The notes below the pieces were generated by a model, which saw only the letters and a program-made list of their open reading frames with translations, searched no databases and was not told where the DNA came from. Shown piece by piece: positions 24,019-32,377 of a stretch of 32,377 nt of DNA. A program made the translations under genes and the position numbers. This stretch comes from Octopus bimaculoides (Eukaryota): positions 26,643,298 to 26,675,674 of the forward strand of contig NC_068985.1 in assembly GCF_001194135.2 (NCBI RefSeq), in the 5' to 3' direction. The first letter of the stretch is position 1; each line of letters opens with the position of its first letter.

Positions 24019-24579
24019 TATAGAAAAATATAAATTATGATGAATTGATGGACTGTAAAGACTAAAAAATCTAACATTTCAGATCTGTCCTTCTTCAGTT
24101 TTAATCCCACGGTTGCAAACTGACTATGGTATTAACTCCGAATATGGGCAACTGCCCTAAACATTAGATTTTTCACTGCAGCTAGCAAATCAACTCACTA
24201 TAACTTATTTTACTCTATAAACTTTTAGGGATTAACACTTGTTGATGCACACCCTCTCTAGTTTCCTTGTATTTTCAGCCTTATCTAATTTATTTTAAAG
24301 TCTTTCTTGACAGCTTTAGAATAGTTATTTTGACTAATCAGTTCATGGAGGATGTGTTGTGTCTATAGATATTACAGATCTTCTCAGACTAGTGAGATGG
24401 TGGTTCTTGTTTAATCCCAGTTGATCAAGCTGCCATATGTATATCTGGAACTATATTATCTAATGTATAATTTAAGATGTGACTGAGGGAGATTTGACTT
24501 CTGTTTCCAGCAGGTTTAGTGACCATGTAGAGATTCATGTTCAGAAGGCTGTATAGGGCCTGCAAGATATATTTTTTTC

Positions 24580-24800
24580 TTATATTAATTACTTACTGGA
24601 TGAGGGTCGTTGCTCAGTCTTTGCAAGCCTGCTTGTCTCAGTGAGAGTAATGTGACTGATGTTCATTTTCAGTTTTGTTGAAAAGCTATGGGTTGTGGCT
24701 CTGAACAGAAAGGATTTGGGACATGTTTAGTAAGAGGTTTTGTGAGTAAGACAGCACAGTTGGTATACTTGGTGAAAGACATACAGAAGTTATGGGCCCA
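24580..24800 (-). pseudogene. Possible decayed Penelope-like ORF fragment
   Basis: Minus strand reads QAGLQRLSNDPHPV (cf. xALKxLxNDxDIVIKPADKG upstream of PLE RTs), with a PLTKH-like segment upstream. Short and frameshifted. Confidence 0.3.
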
Positions 24801-25274
24801 TCAGGTGGATGACACAACCTTTGCACTTGTGGTGTCAGTGGATGAGGAATTAAAGCACTAAGAAATTATTTGTATACTTTGAATTCATTGAGCTGGTGAA
24901 TTAAGATTGATGTCTTTAATACAAGATAAAATTAAACAGTAAAAAAACTATTGGTGGCTGGAGAAGTTTAGGTGACTAGTAGTGACAGAAGATGAGTCTG
25001 GAGACAGAGGCTAATTAGAAGTCTTTGTTGCTGATATCTAGATGTGAGGTGAATGGCATGGGTGATCCAATAGAAGTAATGGGAAGAAGAGAGCCTGGTG
25101 GATGAGGTGGTATACAGTTTACAAGCTCAGAGGGACAGAGGCCTTTGTATTAATATGATATTAATATGGTGGAAGAGAAAGATGAAGACATAGTCTGTGA
25201 GCTAATGATAATGAACCAGTTAAACCTCAGCATGTCAAGTTTTGATCTATTCTTGACCATTTATTACAGTTTAA

Positions 25275-25494
25275 TCCTTTAGATTTCAGATTTCTCTGTC
25301 AAACGTAATACTTATTTATTCACATTGCTTTGAATTAATCATGCATTATTTTGTAGCTTTGAGATTTTGATGAGCTATCTGTTAATTTTTGGAACGATAT
25401 AAAAGGGTTGGTGTGAGAGGCCAGACCTGGCCATTTTGAGCATAAAACAAATAGAATATATTGGCTGAATATAGCTGGTTTAAATGTTAATGGG
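25275..25494 (+). mobile_element. Degenerate piggyBac-type MITE
   Basis: TTAA|TCCTTTAGATTT ... AATGTTAATGGG|TTTA. Interior is homologous to the other three copies. Confidence 0.8.
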
Positions 25495-25519
25495 TTTAAA
25501 ATTCAAAGTTACTTTATTG

Positions 25520-25988
25520 GGTGCTGGCAAGACTATGGTTAAGAAGTTTGCTTCCCAAATATGTGGTCTTATGTTCAGTCCTACTGTTCAGCATGCTGGA
25601 CAAGTTTTTTCTTCTATGACCCTGGACCAACCAAAGATTTAGGAATGGATTTTATAGATTGAAATTGAAAGAAGCCCATTGTGATGAATGCATGCATACA
25701 TACATACATACATACATGCATACAAGTATGTGTCTGTGCATGTTTTCTGTTTGCCCATATCTAGACATTGCATGATGGTTGTAAAGGAGCACCATTGTCA
25801 CACAAGTGAGATTGTTTGTTTCTAGTCTTCCATGAAAAATGTGTCTGGCCATTGGAAATACTGTCTTGCTTGGAAACAAATAAGGTTTGGTGACAGCAAG
25901 GGCATGAAGCAGTAAAAGATCTACCTTAGCACATTCTGCCTGACCCATGCAAGCATGGAAAAGCAGACGTAAAATGATGATGATGATA
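25520..25988 (+). mobile_element. Family B SINE
   Basis: Family A-like head, (CATA)n tract, middle domain, and GACGTAAAA(TGA)n tail. Confidence 0.8.
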
Positions 25989-26063
25989 AAAGAAATTAAG
26001 TTTGGGTTTTTTCAAAATGAATTATTAACATAGATATACTCACCAATTATTTCATTAATTGGT

Positions 26064-26461
26064 AACTCTTTTACTCTTTTACTTGTTTCAGTCATTTGAC
26101 TGTGGCCATGCTGGAGCACCGCCTTTTAGTCGAGCAAATTGACCCAGGACTTATTCTTTGTAAGCCTAGTACTTCTTCTATCGGTCTCTTTTGCCAAACC
26201 GCTAAGTTACGGGGACGTAAACACACCAGCATTGATTGTCAAGCAATGTTGGGGGGACAAGCACAGACACACAAGCATATACACACACACATACACATAT
26301 ATATATATATATATACATATATACGACGGGCTTCTTTCAGTTTCCGTTTACCAAATCCACTCACAAGGCTTTGGTTGGCCCGAGGCTATAGTAGAAGATA
26401 CTTGCCCAAGGTGCCACACAGTGGGACTGAACCCGGAACCATGTGGTTCGTAAGCAAGCTG
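26064..26461 (-). mobile_element. Young family A SINE
   Basis: Near-identical to 22903-23327 but lacking the extreme 5' end. Confidence 0.93.
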
Positions 26462-26744
26462 CGAACAATCATTATCATCAAACTCTTAATCCTGTAATCA
26501 GTCTCTAGAATGTTTTCCACAAAAATGTTTTTTCACCTGAAATCAAATATATTATAAATACATCTCTTATACCTTATAACTTCTCCTTCTTGAGGCACCT
26601 AATAATTAATAAATTTCTGTGTGTCTGTGTTCTTTTCACTTCCTTTTTAAAGTTTTATATTAGTGTGTCCTTGAACCATTTAAAATCACAGGAGGTAGAT
26701 TTCCTGAGATTGTAAAAGTTTATTACTGTCGTCGTTAATGCAGC

Positions 26745-26908
26745 AAGCTGGGAAAAATGTTTTGTGGCATTTCATCCATCTTTGCATTCTGTATTCAAAT
26801 TATGCCATGGTCTACTTGGCCTTTCATGCTTTGGGGGTTGATGAAATATCTATCAGTTGAACACTGGGGTCAATGTAATTGACTTACCCCTTCTCCCAAA
26901 ATTACCCA
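26745..26908 (+). mobile_element. Degenerate family D SINE
   Basis: ATTCAAATT...CTTTCAT...CACTGGGGTCAATGTAATTGACTT matches 31199-31388. Confidence 0.65.
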
Positions 26909-27210
26909 CGGGTATATGGCATAGTGGTTAAGAGCACAGGCTACTAACCCCAAGATTCTGAGTTTGATTCCAGGCAGTGACCTGAATAATAATAATAATA
27001 ATAATAACTACAACAACAACAACAACAACAACAACATCGAAAAATATCTTAGGAACGAGAACCCAGGTTTGAAATTTCCCCAAGACACCTGATGGAGGCT
27101 GGAGGGTATATCAGCCGAAACGTTGTGTATACAACAAACAAGATGAGGACAAATATCCGTCAAATGTAAATAATGTACATAATTCCTCATCTCTTAAATA
27201 TAGAACTGTA
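26909..27210 (+). mobile_element. tRNA-headed SINE (family E) with hammerhead-bearing tail
   Basis: A box TGGCATAGTGG (26917-26927), B box GTTTGATTCC (26962-26971), (AAT)n(AAC)n linker, hammerhead motif, and 9-bp stem AGATGAGGA/TCCTCATCT (27141-27149/27184-27192). Confidence 0.8.
27085..27128 (+). ncRNA. Minimal type I hammerhead motif (dimer-dependent, core variant)
   Basis: ACAC-CUGAUGGA-GGCUG[GAGGGUAUAU]CAGCC-GAAA-CGUU-GUGU. Stem I is 4 bp, stem II is a perfect 5 bp, stem III is the palindrome ACGU, and the triplet is GUU. Confidence 0.7.
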
Positions 27211-29678
27211 TGAAAATTTAATACAGATTTTGTCTAGGTATAGGTAGACAGTTAAAAAGTTTACCTTGCAACCACAAAAGCCTAGGTTTTATCCCGCACC
27301 ATGCATGTTGGGCAAATGTAATTTTCTATAGATTTGGACTGCTCCATATCTTGTGAGTGAAATTGGGTAGACAGAACTATACAGAAGCCCATTGGGTGGG
27401 GGAAATTATACTTATAATTGAAAGGTACAGTCCTGTACATACACACTGTACCCTACTGATCCTATCTGAGAATTACATTTAGTATACATATGTCTGTGAA
27501 ATGTTCTGTCACTTGCTTGTTAATTCAGGAACAAGTAAATCAGTTGATGAAACAACTGAATCCTCATCATCAGACAACTGAAACCCACCTTCTTGTAGTG
27601 TATTATGTTGATTTGTTCAACTCTGCAGTCTCACTGCAAACTTATAGATTGTAGCAATGAGAAAGATCATTATACAATACAGCAGGTGATATTTGCTTGC
27701 TGTAAATAAACCTTCTCAGATTTGTTGTTGTCATACCACTGATAGCTGTTAATTATCACTGACAATAATAATTACCTTGTAACTTAATCATTTCTAATTA
27801 GTATTAGCTACATTGTTGATCTTAGAAATCTAGACTGACATAACACCTTTGTAAGAGATGTTTGTCAATGATTATGCTTTAATATTTCTCAATACACATT
27901 TTAGTAAATGCATCTAGTAAGTATTTAATGAAGACTATATTAAGTTTTAATCCATATTCCTGACTAAAGTTGATGATTAAATGGTAATATTTTCATGTAG
28001 TATTGATCACTTATATTAATGTATACAGTTGGAGCTAACCTTCTTAGTTTCTGTGTTCTTGTTACTCTGCATTGTATCAGTTTCTTAATGGATCCACTGA
28101 TTAATGACAATGGTGTCCTGATCAGAAACTTGGTTGTTTTGGAGACAACAGTTTTTTTTCTTCTATGTCCAGAATAATAGTTTAATAAGCAATTACTAAT
28201 GTGAAATAGGAATCTTCTATTTTATTCAGTTTTCAGTCTTTGATTGCTGATGGTGGTAATAGATCAATTAAATAAGAAAATCATTAGGCTAACTTATTGA
28301 TCATGAATAATCATTGATTAGCTGTAACAATACCCTTTTTTGTACTTTTTTTTTCTGAAATGGCTTCATTTGTTTGAAAAAGAAAAAGAAAAAAAGCCCA
28401 ACCGTATTGTGTTACTTCTGGTGGATTTCTTTATCCACACTTCCACCAATAAATACTCAGCCATTCTAGTATAAAGTTGTTGAAAATAGTTGTGTTTTAA
28501 ACTTCACTAATGGTATTTGTCCTTGTTTTATCCTTGTAGTATTGATTAGGTTTCTTTCCCAGGTCTTTTGTTGCCATATGAATTACTTTCATTCTTGGAT
28601 AGATGAGTAGAAATATGTTTAATAATGAACCTTTTCATTTTGTAATTATAGTGTGATGGGGAATGAATGTGTTGGTATAGATGTTTCTCAGTGCTTCTGC
28701 TAATGCTCACTAGATGAAGTGGTTTTTCAGCTTATGGCTTTGTCTTGCTATCTCCCTATTGAGTAACTCAAGCAATTAAAGAGGGGAAATTTGTTTTTTG
28801 TTTTATAGTGTAGAATGTAAATGTAAAGGAGACTCATTGGAAATATTATATTTATCATCGATGCCTTCTCTTGCAGTGTATCTGAGTTCAAATTTCACCT
28901 GTGCTGATTGTCTTTTAGCCTTCTGAATAGTTATAAAATACAAACTATATTATGTTAGTATTATATAAATCCATTGTATCACTCTTTTTCCAACAATTAG
29001 TTTTATGCTTAAAAAATTTAATAATTCTATTCAGTATCATGACCAGTTCCATATTTAATACACTTAGTACGTATATTTCTCTCAGGTATCTGTCTGATAT
29101 CCTTATTCTTATTCTTTGCATTATAAATATAACACCTTTCAAACATTCACAGTTCTTTGTTGAACAGGTATGACTCTCTCTCTCACTCACTTCTCTCTCA
29201 CTCACCTCTCTCTCACTCACCTCTCTCTCACTCTCTCTCACTCGCCTCTCCCTTTCCTCCTCTCTCTTTCCCCCTCTCTCTCCACACACACAACACATAC
29301 ATATATATATATTTTTCCGGGATACCCTATTGAAATGTGCATAGGTTTGGCTTATTGTGGTTGTTTCTGTTATTATAATTGTTGCTGCAATAAAGTATCT
29401 TCAATGCATTGATTTTGAGCTCTATCCTTTAAGAGACATGTATACACACATATATATATATATATATATACATATATAGCAGATTAAAATGGACTTAGAA
29501 ACACGAGTGCATAAAAATAGACTGTTTTCCTTAAAGGGAACTGTTCCAGACAAATTGAAATTACACAGTAGTTAGTCACAGTATAATACAGTAAGTCTAG
29601 GAATAGAGATGTTTGTATTACACTTGTGAAGGAATAAATGTAATACTAACACCTCCATTCTTGGAATTACCCTACATG

Positions 29679-29721
<43 letters not shown>

Positions 29722-29974
29722 AACAACTTTCCTGTTACTAATATGGACTAAAATCTTCTAATGATACTTTGAAATTGTAATATTTTCACTAATTTCTTAG
29801 TCATGATTAGCAAAAGTGAAACCTGCTGACTCTGCAAATATTTTATATCATAAAAAAATATATACATTTTGTGCATTTTCTTTCTAATATTTTTCATTAC
29901 ACACACACACACACACACACAGAGCATACTAATGAATCCCTATGTCTATAGAGTGTTTAACATTTACAGGCCCA

Positions 29975-30135
29975 GGCATGGCTGTGTGGTTAGGAAGCTT
30001 GCTTCTTAGCTATATGGTTTCGGGTTCAGTCCCACCGTGTGGCACCTTGGGCAAGTGTCTTCTGCTATAGCCCCTCGCTGACTGAAGCTTTGTGATTGAA
30101 TTTGGTAGGTGGAAGTTACTGCCGTGTGTGTATAT
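29975..30135 (+). mobile_element. Family A/B SINE head
   Basis: GCATGGCTGTGTGGTTAGGAAGCTTGC...CACCTTGGGCAAGTGTC. Confidence 0.85.
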
Positions 30136-30867
30136 GTCTGTGTATGTGCTTGTGCCTCTCCGAAAGAGAGAGAGGGAATATCTATGGACAGGGTATAGGG
30201 TTCTGATTGCTCTGAAATACTAAGCTGGAAACCAAGTAGCAATCTAAATGTTTTAAATAAAGGACAATGGCAACCTAACTAACTACTCAGTCTGCCTTAC
30301 ACTTAGGAAACTTGAGTTAAAATCTTGCCTTCAATTGATGATCCAGTTTAAGTCAAGATTTACGGCTATTTGATATTTTGCGATGATACTCTTTTATATA
30401 ACAATGAAAATATTTTGCTTTTTACTATCTTACATTTATTAACTTCAACATTTTTTGTTTGTGATTGTTTGGACACGCCTACTACATTTATAATCAATAC
30501 ATAATAAAAAAAGAAAATTAAGAAGTTAATAAATGCAAAAAAGATTAAAAGGCAACATTATTTTTACTGTTACTGAAAAGACTACTTTATCAAAAGAATA
30601 ACATGTAGCTATAAAGTAAAGATAAAAAAATGTAGTGTGTAATAAATTATACCTGAAACTATAAGTGTTCTTGACTAAAATCTTTCATAAACTTAGATGA
30701 CTCATTAGACAAGATTATTAGTTCCGGCTTCTGGAATTCTAGGTAGATTAAATAAGATGTTTGTCATATTTAAAATACACATTTTTACTTGGTTTTTATG
30801 TTAATAGCTCACTCATAGGACCCTGGACATCTTTCTTTGTCTAGGACTAGGAACATTACTCCATTAA

Positions 30868-31087
30868 CCCTTTAACATTCAAATTACTCTGACAAATGCA
30901 AGGCTTATTCATCCATATTAGTTTAAAGTAATCATTTATCATCTCACAGATTTGAGATTTTGATGATGTTATTGTCTATATTTAGAGTGACATTGTAGGG
31001 TGGGTGTGAGAGGCTAGATCTGACCAGTTTGAACATAAAACAGGAGGCATATTTGGGCTGGATATGGCTAGCTTAAATGCTAAAGGG
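30868..31087 (+). mobile_element. piggyBac-type MITE, best-preserved copy (220 bp)
   Basis: TTAA|CCCTTTAACATT ... AATGCTAAAGGG|TTAA. The 12-bp TIR has one mismatch. Confidence 0.9.
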
Positions 31088-31198
31088 TTAAACTATCTCT
31101 GGAATGGTTGACTGAGAAGTAATGTTTGATTACATGTTAGTAATTAGAATATGGGCAAAAAAAAGTATTCCAGGGTATATTTCTTGGGTAGAAATTCA

Positions 31199-31387
31199 CT
31201 GAGCTGGCAGAATCATTAGCATATGGGAAAAAATGCTTAGTGGCATTTCTTCTGGCTCTTTACATTCTGAGTTCAAATCCCACTGAAGTCAACTTTTCTG
31301 AGTTGATCTAATAAAATACCAGTGAAGTTCTGGGGTTGATGCAATTGATTAAACCCCACTTACTCTAAAAATTATCAATCTTGTGCC
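31199..31387 (+). mobile_element. Family D SINE interrupted near its 3' end
   Basis: GAGCTGGCAGAATCATTAG...GAGTTCAAATCC head, ending at CCTTGTGCC where a family A copy begins. Confidence 0.75.
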
Positions 31388-31749
31388 GGAGTGACTGTGT
31401 GGTAAGAAGCTTGTTTACCATCCACATGGTTCCGGGTTCAGTCCCACTGCATGGCACCTTGGGCAAGTCTCTTCTACTATAGCCTCGGGCCGACCAAAGC
31501 CTTGTGAGTGGATTTGGTAGACGGAAACTGAAAGAAGCCCGTCGTATATATATATATATATGTATGTGTGTTTGTGTGTCTGTGTTTGTCCCCCCACCAT
31601 CGCTTGACAATTGATAGCGGTTCGGCAAAAAGAGACCGATAGAATAAGTACTAGGCTTACAAAGAATAAGTCCTGGGGTCGATTTGCTCGACCAAAGGTG
31701 GTGTTCCAGCATGGCCACAGTCAAATGACTGAAACAAGTAAAAGAGTAT
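31388..31749 (+). mobile_element. Young family A SINE
   Basis: Complete head, core, internal microsatellite and tail, with a short internal deletion. Confidence 0.93.
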
Positions 31750-32377
31750 ATTTCGAGGGTAGAAAATCTTGGTAACCCCACCACCACCAAAAAAGAAAAC
31801 GACAAACTTAACTATATGATATTGTGGAATGAATGACAGTAGTAGTGATGTGGAGGGAAGAAGGGAGAAGGAGGAGTATTGAATGGGCTTTGTTGTGGTT
31901 GTCGGGATTTACAAACAGCTAGTTTAATGTAGCAGAGATCATTGTGATTGCATAAAAGAGACAGAAAGAATGTAGATTTATAACCAGCCTATTAAATGAA
32001 CAACTTTTATCTGAAATATTCTAGACTGTGCATGTCTGTAAATATCTGTGTACATGCATGTTTATGCATGCATTGTGTATTTGCATTCTTCCCTCAAAAT
32101 ATGAGTAGCTGTCCAGGCATGTCTTGTCTGGGCCACATGTCTCTGAAATAAAGCTTACACTCAGGTTTCAGATTGTTTTAATCTATTATAATCTAGTAAT
32201 GTTTCAAGTGACACTTAGCATATATGTCATTGTCTACATAATAATAGGGGGTAATTACTGAAGTACTGCCAAATTGTTTGTAGTTCGAATCATGTCTCAG
32301 CCATGACATTTTGTTATTAATTAAACAATATACTTACTTTGCTTGCTTTAACCAACCTTATTAGAGAATATATATAT

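Noticed and set aside
26909-26985. tRNA gene
   Set aside because: No complete acceptor stem, a mutated B box, and it runs directly into a SINE body. The same applies to the heads at 6500-6577 and 8892-8960.
22978-31805. Recurrent ORFs such as ...YDGLLSVSVYQIHSQGFGR... and ...RRASFSFRLPNP...
   Set aside because: They are translations of the family A SINE, repeated wherever a copy occurs.
31935-31947. GAGATCATTGTGA resembling bantam miRNA
   Set aside because: The first base and 3' half do not match and no precursor hairpin is visible.

Overview
AT-rich animal genomic DNA with one N-gap (~2525-2805) and (AT)n runs at both ends. The repeat families look like those of octopus (coleoid cephalopod); that assignment is from my recall of the repeats, not a search. 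I cannot support any intact protein-coding gene. Nearly all ORF-track entries are SINE, microsatellite or purine-tract artefacts. The window holds several tRNA-derived SINE families, RTE-LINE fragments, a decayed mariner transposase, an intact hAT MITE with a perfect 8-bp TSD, four TTAA-flanked piggyBac-type MITEs and probable Penelope-like (PLE) remnants. A CpG-enriched zone (~12.7-16.4 kb) contains a promoter-like motif cluster and weak candidate exons. The best finds are RNA-level: a type I hammerhead ribozyme with a complete catalytic core at 16656-16743 (-), in a segment between two microsatellites, and a tRNA-headed SINE whose tail carries a minimal, dimer-type hammerhead at 27085-27128 (+). 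Coordinates were read by eye; the edges of degenerate elements are approximate.
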